Origin: Octopus sinensis
Lineage: Eukaryota
Length of the DNA stretch: 64,000 bases
Direction of reading: 5' to 3'
Assembly (NCBI RefSeq): GCF_006345805.1
Contig: NC_043010.1
Span: 25,792,001-25,856,000, forward strand
In this document: positions 21,739 through 35,795 of the stretch, in pieces
How the letters are laid out: each line of letters begins with the position of its first letter
Numbering within the stretch: the first letter of the stretch is position 1
Notes under the pieces: model-generated
What the model was told of the DNA's origin: nothing
Seen by the model: the letters and a program-made list of their open reading frames with translations, nothing else
Databases searched by the model: none
Made by a program: the position numbers and the translations under genes

Positions 21739-23637
21739 TAATAATAATAATAATAATAGTAATAATAACAGTGTGCAACGTATGTCTACTATGTCAACAT
21801 CATCATCAACAGCGACAATAGCAGCAACTCCCATTCCAACAGATCCCAACCGTTTGTCTCCTTATAGTTTGTTGCTCCCTCCTGTGGTGATGAACAGCCT
21901 TTCGAATTCACGTGACTTTCTGCTACACTCCGAAGATGACTGGGAAAAGAAGCTTGATCAGATCCGACGTAAGCACAACCTTAATGGCGCCTCAGCAGAT
22001 GTAAAATATGAGAAACTGCCTTCTCTAGTTGGTACTACAAATAACCATATTAATAATATTAACCCTAATACCACTACTAATATTACAACTACTACTACTC
22101 CTCCTACTACTACTGCTACTAATAATAATAATAGTAATAATAATAATAATAACAATGATAATAGTGCACTGAACACTGATTTCAAATTGCCTCTGTTGCA
22201 TGAACTGGTGCGTAAAATGACCGAGCAGCGTCTCCTTAGTGAGCATAAATCCTCAAACACAAAGTCACCAGTTGCCTTAGAAATTCTTCGTCAACCACAT
22301 GAGGCAAACCGCCATCATCAGCGACAGCAGCGGCAACAGCAGTCCATGAGTAACTGCTCCAGCACCCAAACTGTGGAACCGAATCCCAGTTACAGACTTA
22401 TGTCCTTGAAAATTCCGTCCTACCGCCTGCAAAAACACAAAACAACAACAATAACCATAACAACAACAACAGCAGCAACAACAACAACAGCAACACAGAC
22501 AGTACTGGTGGAGTTGAGGAACGGCCTTATGACAGCATGAAGATCGGTGATGCCCTCAAAGACATCATTGTGAAAACTATTTCAGAAAAGGTTTACAAGC
22601 GTAAGCATCAAGGGGATAGCTTCAGTAGCACACAGGATGAGAACCATCCTGGTAACAACAACAGCAACAACAATAACAGCAACTGCAAGACATATTCTTC
22701 ATCAGGATCCAATGTTTCTTCTATGGTAGCCAGCAAGAAAATGAAGAGATCTGTGAGCCTAGATAAAAAAGCAACAGAAAGTGCTATTGACAATTCCAAA
22801 CCTGTGAAAAAAACCCGCCCCAAGCGTGGCCAATATCGCAAATACAACAGTCAACTGTTAATGGAAGCCGTACGTGCTGTTCAGCGTGGAGAAATGAGTG
22901 TGCATCGTGCAGGCAGCTACTATGGTGTGCCACACTCTACATTGGAGTATAAGGTTAAAGAGAGGCATCTACTGCGACAGAAGAAAATCAAAGAATCTCA
23001 ATTACAAAACGAAGCTAACAACAACAACAACAGCAGCAACAACAACAATAACAATAATAACAACAGCAACAACAGCAACAGTAATAATAATAATAACAAT
23101 ATTGTCATCAACAACAACACATCCTCTGAGGACTCAAGCATCACAAATCCCATATCTGTTGGCTCCGGGGTTAGCACAGCAGTTGGTGCAGGTAGCAGTG
23201 GGGTTGGCTCCACTGTTGCAGGTTCTGCTAGCAGTACCAATACTGGTGGCAGCAACAGCAGCAGCAGCAGTGGCGTCCCCAAAAACATCATCTCCAACAG
23301 TAGCAACAATTCTATAAAAACTGAAAAATCCAACAGCAACAGCAGCAGTGGCAGTAATTCTAAGAATAATGGTAAAAATGACAGCAAACCACTGAATTCG
23401 GTTTGGCTGCAACAATATGGCAATGGACTGCCTCCTCAATATGATGCATCTGGTATGAATCTTTTTAGCAGTAGCTTTGCTCTGAGCACACCAGCCTCAG
23501 AACTCCTGCGCAAACTGCAGCATAAAGTGCAGAGCAAATCTAATACATTTGCTCAAGATGCTAACTTCCTTGCTGGAGCCCTGCACAGACCGAATGGGAT
23601 GAATTCATTAGGGAGCAGTTTTTTGTTTATTAATTGA
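19959..23637 (+). CDS. E93: E93/Eip93F/Mblk-1 (LCOR/LCORL family) terminal coding exon with pipsqueak-type HTH domains; broken into three ORFs (19933, 21464, 22537) by the internal duplication
   Basis: Acceptor tatttcAG|G; HTH1 KKAYTEEELVNAVFEIRSGKLGTRRAAVLYGIPRSTLRNK (19993-20112); HTH2 RPKRGQYRKYNSQLLMEAVRAVQRGEMSVHRAGSYYGVPHSTLEYKVKERH (21382-21534, again 22816-22968); LKIPSYRP and LKDIIVKTISEK motifs like insect E93; stop TGA 23635-23637. Confidence 0.92.
20184..23034 (+). repeat. Tandem duplication of ~1417/1434 bp inside the E93 exon
   Basis: AGTCAGGTG at 20201 and 21618; differences found: C/T 20267/21684, 1-nt G deletion at ~22425, 18-nt CAA/CAG indel at ~22470; junction in a CAA tract at ~21585-21617. 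Confidence 0.95.
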
Positions 23638-24948
23638 AACCTCGAAGGGGTGGTACATAGGTGAAGAATCCGACAAAAAAATTGATAAAAATGATATGAT
23701 ATTAAAACTAAATTAAAATTAATTTAAATTAAAACAAAATAAAAGAAAACAGCAATTATTTATTTCAAATAATAATTTAATAAAATATTCAACAAATAAA
23801 AAGAAAATATTGAGGAAAAAACTGTAAAAGAAAAAGAAAAAAAGCTTTGAACTTTCATAAGGAAATCGGCAACGACTTAAAACGTCGAGTTATTGCTGCT
23901 TGAAAAGAAAAAATAAGAGAAAAAAAAGGGGTCTTTCTTTACCATCTGTCTTTACTTCATGTATACCATGTGTTTGTGTGCATGGCTGAGCAGTGTGTAT
24001 GCAGCATGTGTTAGTGGCTGTTCCCACGAAGAATGGTCAAATCTACTTGGAATTGTTTTGGCACCAGTCACACTCCAGCTGGTCACAAAATCAATATATA
24101 TATATATAATTTTTTGCTTGGACACAGTTTTAAAAATTATTCTGCTGGAATTTTTCAAGAGTGCATCATCGCCACCATCACCACCCCCACCCCCACTTTA
24201 GCATTAGCATCATGGGAACCTATCTTTCTCTGCACCAGTGTCTGTTCTGCTTTCTTTGATTGTTGGGTATTTCAGGGGAAGAAGGGGTCCAGTTTTTTTT
24301 TTTAGTTCTTTTTTTAATGATCGGCATCTTTTTTTTTTGCAACATATGAACAAGTGTTGAGGAAGAAAAAATGCTAGTCTGGAAAAAAAAATGCTCAACA
24401 AAACTGCAGGTTGACTTTTGAAAGCCAAAGCAATGATGTAAAATTGAAAACAAAATTATGTGGAAAAAAAAATTTTAAAAAATAATAATCCCTCAAAAAA
24501 ATATAACTAAAAAAAATATTTATTTTTTATATGTCAGCACCAAGTTGTATTGATTGATGTCAGTAAAAATAGTTCCTTTTGGTATTCTAGCCACCCCAAA
24601 ACAAAATAAATAAATATAACATTTAAGATATGATGACATGGTTTAGCTTGGATGAGAAAAAATTTATAAGTCTAATTCATTACTTTCTACAGAGCTATGC
24701 TAATTAATCATGTACCATCATAATTATTATATCCAGCTGTATGTTTTGTCAAAGCTCAGGTGACCAGAGCCATCAAATGTTGGCTCTTTACAACAACTAA
24801 AAATATATCTTACACTCTGCCTCTGGAACTTGCCAATCTAAACGTGGCATGACGTATTTAAAACTTGCAGGTTTTGGTTGGATTTCACAAAAATAGTGCT
24901 GTGTAAAAAGAAAAAAAATATGTGCATTAATGAATATATTATATCCTA

Positions 24949-25018
<70 letters not shown>

Positions 25019-25573
25019 TATATATATAAATATAAATATTAAAACAGAGAAGATAATTTAAATGGAACTGTTTGGTAAAAGCATTGCCCTCGCTAATGAC
25101 TGGGGAAAGAGCTTCATAGTGGCAACATTTGTAACATTCTGAACTTAATTTCATGATAAAGTCTGGCATCATTATTGCGATTACTTGATTTGGTATCATT
25201 TTTTTTGCACCAACGCTACAAGACAAGACATTAATGATGCTTTTGATAGTCACAAGTCACAGTTGCATTTGTGTTGCAATCAACATCATACATCACACAA
25301 AGATGCACACACACACAAAGAAATAAAACCTCAAACTATATAAATACTCTTACACACACACACATAATACTCATACATATGTGCACTTAAATATATATAT
25401 ATATATATATATACATGTATATTTATGTATGCATATACATGCCTACATTTATGTACATTTGTGCATATCTATACGTACATATATATATATATATATATAT
25501 ATAGATATATATATATATTTATATATATATATTTATATATATATATTTATATATATATATATTTATATATGTA

Positions 25574-25639
<66 letters not shown>

Positions 25640-26160
25640 CGTTTCTCGTTTATAATCACCCCACACTACTGTATTGGTTAACACCATATAGTTTTCTGGT
25701 GCATCTAAGTTAAGTACCGCATTCAAGTGAATTCATTAGAATTGACTTGAATCTTAATTGCTTATATATATAGATAGATATATATAGATATATAAAATAC
25801 ACATGTATGTGCAAATATATATATATATCATATATGTGTATGTGTGTATATATATGTAAATATTATATATAATATATATAAATATTATATATATATATAT
25901 ATATTATATAGGTATGTGTGTATATAAATATGTATATTATACAAACCCATACAAAAGCACTGTTCACACTATCAAAACCAAAAAAACAAACTAGCCAAAC
26001 TATGAACTAGACAATGCTTTAAAACCAAAGTCGTGGCTTCTCTAATGAAAAAGTATTTATTTCTATTTATTATTCAGAGTCTAGAAATGTTTGAAAGAAT
26101 GCTAATCTATTTTCGTTGACATGTATTTTTTTTTCTTTGTATGTCTTTGAAATTTATAAC

Positions 26161-26210
<50 letters not shown>

Positions 26211-26896
26211 TCCAATTTGCTCAAAACACTCTTGGTTGGCCCAGCAACAACAAACACCATCACAACAACAACAACAAATACACCCATACAAACACACAAA
26301 CACATGTACAGATGTTTATGTAAAGAGAAGACATATATATATATATATATATATATAAATGTACAATGGTAAGATAACTCTGCAGAAGGCTAATTGCATG
26401 GTTTTACGTATGCGAAGTGAGGGGGGAGCTTGTTATATTATTATTTAAGGGGAGGGGAATCAGTAGCACTATGGGGCACCTTCCTTCACCAAAAAAAAAA
26501 TAGAAAAAAAAAATTGACGGGTATAAGTTGTGTCTCTTACATTCTCAGTTAAAATCCTTACCACCAGTGAAGACGTCAGAAGTGGGAGCTAAGGGGGGTG
26601 ACTTATCATCTTCACAATCACCTCCTTCACACACCACCAGCACCCCCTTCATCCTTCTCATGACATTTGAGATGTGTTGGTAAAATAAAGTACTTAAAAG
26701 TGCCGGTAAAATACTGGGGTAGCTGAGGAGTGGGTGTTGGTCATATACCCCACCTTTTTTTTTCTACCCACCCCCACATCTCAAGAAAAATCACGTGGCC
26801 TTGTGCCTAAGCATAGAACTCATTAACTACTGCCACTATCACCATACTTCATATATCGTTATTGTCAGAATTATTCTATTATATCATTTGTTATTG

Positions 26897-26932
<36 letters not shown>

Positions 26933-26937
26933 TATAA

Positions 26938-27150
26938 GGCAGTGAGCTGGCAGAACCATTACAGGGCTGGATGAAATGCTTAACAGTATTTCACCTGTTG
27001 CTATGTTCTGAGTTCAAATTCCACTGAGATCGACTTTGCCTTTCATCCTTTCGGGGTAGATAAATTAAGAACCAATCAAGTACTGGGGTCAGTGTAATCG
27101 ACTATCCCCTGCCCCACAAATGTCAGGCCTTGTGCCTATAGTAGAAAGGA
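26938..27150 (+). mobile_element. SINE family B, full-length, (ATT)n on both sides
   Basis: ggcagtgagctggcagaa head, tgagttcaaattcc B-box-like, gccttgtgcctatagtagaaagg-attatt tail. Confidence 0.88.
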
Positions 27151-27325
27151 TTATTATTATCATTATTATTATTATTATCATCACTATTTATTTATGTATT
27201 TATTTCATTCCGCACTTTCAAAATCATGCTCGCTGTTGGCATCATGAATTTGTTTCATTTTTTTTGTTTTCTGTCCCAGCTCTCATTACAGATTCCCTCT
27301 GAAGTATTTACATACATACATACAC

Positions 27326-27358
<33 letters not shown>

Positions 27359-27689
27359 ATACATACACACACAATACATATATATATATTTCACCTTTTT
27401 CTCTTTTTTTCCAACCTCCTGTTCTCAACAGACAAACAAACAAAAAACACATGTGCCTGTCTGGTCAAGCCATACGTCTGCTGCTGCTGCATATGAATGG
27501 TAAAAAGCCTGCTAACACCAACTACCACTTCCCTACCAACAACCACTATCACCACCCTTCTCCACTCCTTTCTATTTTCTCCTTATATATTATATATATA
27601 TATATATTAATATCGTATTTTTTTAACTTATCTTAAATCTATCTCTTTGTATGTACATACATATATATATGTATGTGTGTGTATCCCTC

Positions 27690-27855
<166 letters not shown>

Positions 27856-28111
27856 TCACATATAATCACAATCCTCTATTATTTTGGCAGCTATCACTAT
27901 TACTGTGTTCCTGTTGGCCATTTCTTTTTTCCCCTGTCAAAATTGCTAGAAAATTATTTTTAGTTACAAAGCTTATATTTGCAGCTATGTGAATTCCATG
28001 GCTCTTGTGATGTATAACATACCTATCACTCAAAACCAACTTTGATTTCCTTCACATGTAAAATGACATGTTTACCATATTATAATGTTTACCACTTGCT
28101 CGCACACACAC

Positions 28112-28188
<77 letters not shown>

Positions 28189-28530
28189 GTATATATGTGT
28201 ATGTATATCTATATGTGTGCATGTGGGTAAGTAGGTAGGTGGGTATGTATAAAAGCACATACTTACACACACATATATATACACATATATGTATATATTT
28301 ATAAATATACATTCCATTTTCTCACTTAATAGAAAATTCTATTTACAAAAGAGTTCTGATAAATTTGTATTTAACATTCTTTGAAACTGAATATTGTTTC
28401 CTACTCCTGAAAATGGTCATGTTTTATGTATAGGTTTTTGGTGAGGCGTTTATTTTTTTTTTCTTGCAGTTGGTTTTTTTGTTGTTGTTGTTGAGCATGA
28501 TGATGTTTATTCTAATATTTTTTCATTTAA

Positions 28531-28724
28531 AGGCCGCAAGCTGAGCGAAATGTTTAGCGGCATTTAGTCTGTCTTTACATTCTGAGTTCAAATTCTGCCG
28601 AGGTCGACTTTGCCTTTTGTCCTTTCGGGGTCAATAAATTAAGTACCAGTTGCATACTGGGGTCAATCTAATTGACTGCCCCCTCCCCTAAAATTTCAGG
28701 CCTTGTGGCTAGAGTAGAAAAGAA
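28531..28724 (+). mobile_element. SINE family B copy
   Basis: Family B consensus; short flank similarity tattttttcatttaa on both sides (possible TSD, 28497-28511 and ~28725-28740). Confidence 0.82.
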
Positions 28725-28760
28725 TATTTTTTTCATTTAAGTTGTAGCCATACTTATATA

Positions 28761-28821
<61 letters not shown>

Positions 28822-28871
28822 GCACACATTTATACATACATACATTCATACATACATACATGCATACATAC

Positions 28872-28902
<31 letters not shown>

Positions 28903-29222
28903 TACGCACATACACATACATACATAAATATATGCATATATTTAGAGGATGGGATAGAGAGAGAGAGAGAAACACACACCAAGAGTGCTCAACCAGTTTC
29001 CAATCCAAGCACTCTGTGACCTTACTTTTAAAGTTGAATGTTGCATTTAAGCTATTCTGCCTTCACTTGCGTGGAGTGTCTTAAATGACCTCTTCACTTT
29101 CATTTAATTTTGCTGCCGTCACTGCTGGGAAATGTGCACTCATGAAATATATTAATGCTGGTTTGATTGTTGATACCTCTTTGTGTAGAGAAGGGATTAG
29201 GCTTAAATGTATATGTGTGTGT

Positions 29223-29265
<43 letters not shown>

Positions 29266-29639
29266 CACGTATAGATATATATAGATATATATATAGAATA
29301 CATATATATGTATGTGTGTGTGTGTATGTGTGTATATATATATATTATATATTTATGTATATGTATATATATATATCATGTGATCACGTGATTGACCAGG
29401 TTATCAAATTTTGCTACACATCACTGGTCACAATGCACTTTGCATCATTTTAGCTTTCAAATGATGCCACCCTGCAGGCTAACATTCCCCCTGATCAGGA
29501 AGCTAGTCTTTTGCAGGGTTACCCATGAATTGGGGTAGTGTTTTGCTAAGGAACATAATGTGCAACCAGCCTAGGAATCAAAACTGTGGTCTGACAATTG
29601 TGAGTGCAATATGCCTAACCCATACATTACGTGCTTTCA

Positions 29640-29678
<39 letters not shown>

Positions 29679-30131
29679 GTATCTTTTAACTCCTTCCTTT
29701 TCATGTGTGACACTAAAAACACATACACACACACGCACACATTCTGCTGCCCTCTTTCTCACTGCTAACTGTAAAGTACTATCTTACTTGAGCTGTTGTG
29801 GTCACTTGATCTGCAAGAAATAGTACCAAATCTCCTTCACGAGTCACTGTACTGTCTTTAAAAAATGGGAGGGCACTTTTCTGACAAGTTGTAGTGCATC
29901 TTAGCACTGGATACAATAAGCTTGTTAACTGAATGCTCATTTTAAAGAAGAAATAATTGAAACCAAAATGATATTTTTTTAAAAACAAAGCAATTTATTT
30001 GTTTCTTCGGGAAACTATCACTGTCAGTGCTTTAGTTGATGGACATAATCTTTGGTTGTTTTTGCTAGATTTACTACAGCTAGTAACAACCACCACCACT
30101 GTCACCACCATCTCTACCATCGTCATCTACA

Positions 30132-30465
30132 TGGGGCAGTAACTGGCACTCCATCAGTTATGACGAAGATTCCAGTTGATCCGATCAATGGAATAGTTTG
30201 CTCGTGAAATTTACATGCAAGTGGCTGAGCACTCCACAAACACATGTACCCTTATCATAGTTCTCAGGGAGATTCAGTGTGACACAGAATGTGACAAAGC
30301 TGGCCCTTTGAAATATAGGTACTACTCACTTTTGCCAGCTGAGTGGATTGGAGCAACAGGAAATAAAGAGTCTTGCTCAAGGACACAATGCCCCGCTGGG
30401 AATCAAACTCATGACCTTATGGTCATGAGCCAAATGCCCTAACCACTAAGCCATGTGCCTTCACT
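30132..30465 (-). mobile_element. SINE family D-like copy with longer 3' region; truncated relative at ~37215-37408
   Basis: Ends ccctaaccactaagccatgtgccttcac, the reverse complement of the family D head; cttgctcaaggacacaa core. Confidence 0.75.
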
Positions 30466-30856
30466 ATTGGACGGTGGAGGTGAAACAACCTTCCCCACCT
30501 CCCAGACTGCCACATTGTATATTACACACTGACCCACAACATCTCAAAATCTGTTCTGTGGTCATCAACATAGGAGAGTCAGTACCATTCTATGGCGTGG
30601 ACAACACACTGAACAGTTACCCAAGGCTTAGGGAACCTGCAGGCTTAGGGAACCCATTGCTAATCTATAAATCCGGCATTTGTATATGTAAGGGCCCCAG
30701 TGGCCTATAACACAAAGACCTAGTCTCTACCCTAGGCAGTCTTACCTCAGGCACTGGGTAGAATCATACATACATATGCACATGCATGTATGAATCTTGC
30801 TGATTTATTTTATTGACCAATACCTGAAAGACCATCAACAACATCAATAATAATAA

Positions 30857-31125
30857 TATGCAGGCTTGTGAATAGATGTTGAGAGAATGTGGAATATGCA
30901 ATCATGAATGGTGCCAGTTGTGATTGGAACTCTTGGGTCAGTGATGAAAAGCCTTCAGAAACATTTTGACACAGTTGATGTATCTGTCCCAGCATTATGA
31001 CATTGCAAAAGACAACACTTTTGGGAACGGAAAACATCCTGTTGAAAGTATTGTCTAATTGAAGTTATACAACTTGACATAGTCAATTAAATGACCCAAT
31101 GTTAACAAGATCATCACTGTGCAAA
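30857..31125 (+). mobile_element. Second R4/Dong-like RLE retroelement 3' remnant in (AAT)n
   Basis: MVPVVIGTLGSVMKSLQKHFDTVDVSV/PSIMTLQKTTLLGTENILLKVLSN* (30908-31062, one frameshift); aat repeats either side. Confidence 0.65.
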
Positions 31126-31155
<30 letters not shown>

Positions 31156-31156
<1 letters not shown>

Positions 31157-31325
31157 TACAGAAAACAGCCTTGTTAGGAAGAGCAAGGATTCTAAGGAGG
31201 ATGTTAGAAAGTTGAAGGAGAAAGAATGGCCCAAAAGACCTTTGGCCATTGGATATGGCTCGTTCTTTCGATATAGTGTTGGTATAACATCTACCAGAGC
31301 AAAAATTATCATGAACAGTAATGAT
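31156..31325 (+). mobile_element. Third R4/Dong-like 3' end, directly after the (AAT)n tail of the previous one
   Basis: LQKTALLGRARILRRMLES* (31156-31215). Confidence 0.65.
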
Positions 31326-34067
31326 AAATTTTATAGAAAGCATTGTTGTTCTTCAGTGATGAGGAAGCTGTATGCACCATCACATATACTCTTGCTAAAT
31401 TGCTTCATTTTCTGATGGATTTATTTTTTTATATTAGTTTTTTTTAATCAAAATTTATTATATTTATTTAAATACTAACACAACCCCTTCTTTCTGCTGC
31501 CATCACACCAAAGAACACACATTTATTTTGTTAAACAATGTGACAATTTCATGTTTTGTAAAAAAAAAAATGTCTAATAGCAGTGATCTCTGTTTACATT
31601 TAAGTTTGCAGACAATGTAAACCCTTTTTTTTTAAATTATGATCCTTCTCTCTATGATACTAAAAATCTTTTAGACTTTTAAAATATTATACATATTAGA
31701 CACCCCAATATTTTCATCTAAAACTGCTTGGAGCTCATATATTAATTTTAACTTTCTAAATGTAAACTCACTTATGGTTAGTTGCTTAAAATCCATTATG
31801 AAATTTTTAGTTGTTTGTTTAAATAAAAGTTTAATTTTGAAACATGGATGCAACAATAAAATCTTTAATCATTGAATTAACATGAGGTAATTATATTTAA
31901 TCAAAAAAAAAATAGAAAAGAAAAGAACATGCAAGGTACACAGAGCTGTGCAAAGCACACAGTAAAAATAAGACTACTGAATGATAATAATAATGATAAT
32001 AATAATAATGATGATAATAATAATAATGTTAACTAAATAGAAAAGTATAAGCCATAACAATAGATGACTTGTGGCTGAAGTGAAGGGAAATGAGATGACA
32101 ATGTTAAAGATGTACAATGTGAAGTGATGTGTGTAACTTAAAGGAGATCAGTTGGTTTTCAGGATATTGGAATAAATTGCTGTTGTAAGGTCTTAGGCAG
32201 TATAAAATTGGTTAAATTCAACAGGTGCTATTCTGATGTCTACAAGTATAGAGGCTGATGGTGTCAACTGTTAAAGACTTGTTGGACAAAGACTTCTGGG
32301 AATTTGTACTGACAAACATTCTCTGGAATAACTGACAAACTACAACAAGTAAATGCTTCCTGTTTCACAAACTATAAAAAAAAGATGTCAAAAAGATATG
32401 GTAGGAATAATTATAGTGAAAATATCAGACTAAATGTCTTGTGGTATTTAGTTTCTTTTCCATTCTAAGATCAAACACTGCCAACAAAGTCAACTTTGAT
32501 ATTCATCATGGGACAATAACACAAATGCTAGTAATATATTAGGATCACCTGGCTGTACCACTATACCACTCACCCCTTGCTACAAATTCAAGGATTTGAA
32601 CAAAAGTTAGAAACTAATACTATCAGACCCTTTTGATACCAACTTGCCCAATGCTGCCCTTAGTTCCAGGATACAGACTTCCTGTTTTAAAATAATCTAG
32701 ATTTCAAAACTTTCACCGAATTTTCATGTTAATTTATGTTCCAAACACCAACTTAGTAAGGCAATTATTTTGTTAAATTCTTTATTGGTGTCACAATAGG
32801 GTCGCAGGGCGTTGACTTACCAGAATCAGCAGTGTGTTTTACAAAATGCCTTTTGATATTTATTTGGGTCACTTTATGCTCTAAATTTGAATCCTGTCAC
32901 AACGGATCTTGTTTTTCCTCAATTTCAACGTGGATAAAATAAGAACCAGTAATATACTGAGATCTTTATAATTGATCTTACCCTCCCACAATATATGTGG
33001 CATTGTGCCTATATCAGATAAGAAATGTTATGGAAAACAGGTATATTAAAATCTTAGTGTTTAAAAAAATTATTTAAATAAATAAAATCATTATTTTGAA
33101 TATAATAAAATAAAGACATTATTACATATAAAATAAGTATATTATCATAAAATTCAACTAAATGATGGAGATTTACAGTTGAAAATAACTTTAAATATAT
33201 TTAATATTTTGCCTGAAGATATTTTCTTATTCATATGACAGCTTTTCTCTTTTTTTAATTTTTTGTTGTGTTGTTGTTGTTGTTGATTATTGAAAAAGTC
33301 TTTTCCTTAACTGTGCATTGACTTAAACTAAAAAAAGGGTTTGTTTTTTTTAATATTATTATTTCGTATATGTGTTTGAAATTTAACAAAAATGTTTTTA
33401 AGATTTTAAAGAGCTGAAAAGAGAAAAATATTTTTTTTATAACAAAAACAAGAAGCATCTAACAAAATTTTGTAAAATTTAAAGCATGGGATATTGATTA
33501 AAAGGAAAAATTGGGGCTCAAACAAGTAACGATTATTATAACTGGGTGCTTTCTCAGATTATTTTTTAAAAAATAGAAACATGTCATTGAACAAAAAATT
33601 GCCAAGATTGGCAATAACTGATATTAGTTTTGGGTTCAGTATCTCCAAATTTAGTCAGAAACAAGTCTCAGATATGTCAACAAAATTTTGTGTTACCTAA
33701 TTAATAATAATTATTATTATGAGGAAATTATTTAAAAATGATTGAGACAAAAGAAACAGGTAAAAAAAATTAATTAATTTCAAATTGATCTCGTTATATC
33801 TTAATTAACATGGATGCAATCAGAACAGAGCATACCATATATGGCATCCGTCAGATAGTGAAGAGATACAGACATATAATGAAAGCAGAAGCTCAAGGAA
33901 ATGGACCACTGTTTATCAAGGTGGGGGTGCATGCCTCACCAGTAGGGCATGGTAATATTTTGGTGGGGCGTGGGTTACTTCAGAACAGGGTGTAATTAAG
34001 TGACAAGGGAATAAAACTTGCAATAAAGTTTTTAAAACATATTTTGAATTATATGTATATATGTCAC

Positions 34068-34200
34068 TTAGCGGTTCGGCAAAAGAGACTGATAAAATAA
34101 GTACTGGGCTTACAAAGATTAAGTCCCGGGGTTGATTTGCTCGACTATAGGCGGTGCTCCAGCATGGCCGCAGTCAAATGACTGAAACAAGTAAAAGAGT
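34068..34200 (+). mobile_element. SINE family A tail fragment
   Basis: cttagcggttcggcaaaagagac...gactgaaacaagtaaaagag. Confidence 0.8.
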
Positions 34201-34203
34201 ATG

Positions 34204-34239
<36 letters not shown>

Positions 34240-35341
34240 CATGTACATATATTAATGAATGACAAGAGAACAGCAGTCACATAAGCAACTCCACTGGCTT
34301 ACAGCTGTTTCTGCTATAAGAAGCAGAGCTCTCTACTTGTGCAACATTCTATAGCTTTCTCAAAACCTACATATATATATATATATATTATATTATATCT
34401 GAAATCATTTAATTAAAAATCATTAATTATATATAAAGATGTTTGTGTTTTAAGTGCATACAGCTGTGATAGTGAAAGCTTTCCACATGAAGGTCCTCTT
34501 TAAAAAGACCTGATTCTATCAACATATTGTACTGGGCTATATTCTTATCATGACTTGTTACAGCTTCTATTAACTAATCATTTTAGCATATGGAGATATG
34601 TTTAAAGTATGTGTGCAGGGCCTATAAGACAATACATCAATCAGACAGTATATGAGTCAAGGGGCCCAGTGAGCTAAAGACAAATCTTACAAGCAATATT
34701 CCTTATAATTTTTAGTTCTAGGGTAAGCACAGAAATTTGCATTCAAAGTGTGTGAACATCCATGAGAGTAACGATTGCTTAAATATTTTCAATTTTAAAA
34801 AAATCTGATTACATTGTGAAAACCTTGTGTGGGCACATTTCTGTCCCTTTTCTTTGTTGTGAAGTGTGTTTGTGTGCATGCACAAGGACAGAGCGTGGAA
34901 GAAGTAGTGATCATAACCCTCTTGAATTTTGAGAGACCTACACTTCTCAAGGCCCAAAAACAGTTTTGTTCTGCTTCTGCTAACTATCTTTCAAAGATCT
35001 TGTGCCTCAGGGTAGGGAGGGTGCATGTGTGTGTGTGTGTGTGTGTGTGTGATTGCCTCTATATACTTGTCTTACCATCTTTAGGAAAAGAATAGCAAAT
35101 ACAGCAGCAAACACACACAATTACTCCTTCAACAGAGAGCCTCAACATGATTGTTTGACCTGCTGAAAACAGTAGTCAACTCTCCTTAGCCATCAGCACT
35201 ACTCTGACATGCCTATGTGCCCTCTTCTCCTCTTCATGGCTCTTTTATTGCTCATGTTTCTGTCTTTCTTTGCTTGACTTATTGCTGCTACTCTCTGCCT
35301 CCACTTTTACTCACCACAGATCATTGCACACAATAAACTCA

Positions 35342-35795
35342 ACTGGCAGACTCGTTAGCAGAATCATTAACAAACCAGACAAAATGCTTAGCAGAATTTC
35401 ATTTGTCTTTATGTTCTGAGTTCAAATGCCACCAAGGTTGACCTCGCCTTTCACTCTTTTGGGGTCTATGAAATAAGGACCAGTTGAGGACTGGAGTTGA
35501 TGTAAGCAACATAATCCCTCCCCCTAAAATTTCTGGCCTTGTACCTATAATAGAAACAATTATTATTATTATTATTTTAAGGTGGTGGACTGGCAGAATC
35601 GTTAGCACACAGGACGAAATGCTTAGTGGTATTTCGCCCGTCAGTGCGTTCTGAGTTCAAACTCTTCTGAGGTCGACTTTGCCCTTCATCCTTTCGGGAT
35701 CGGTAAAATAAATACCAGTTGTATAATGGTATCGATGTAATTGTCTATCCCGCTCCCAACAAATTCCAGGCTTTGTGCCTCTATTAGAAAGGATT
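35342..35795 (+). mobile_element. Two family B SINEs head-to-tail (~35342-35560 and ~35579-35795)
   Basis: Second copy starts right after the (ATT)n tail of the first. Confidence 0.8.

Noticed and set aside
19942-23439. Antisense Leu/Val-rich ORFs over the E93 exon
   Set aside because: Mirror translations of CAA/AAT/ACT codon repeats.
30664-30695. aggcttagggaacc twice, containing TTAGGG
   Set aside because: Only two non-adjacent hexamers; not an interstitial telomere array.
33810-33995. 61-aa ORF with FIKVGVH resembling an RTE RT motif
   Set aside because: Similarity limited to a few residues; cannot be supported without a search.
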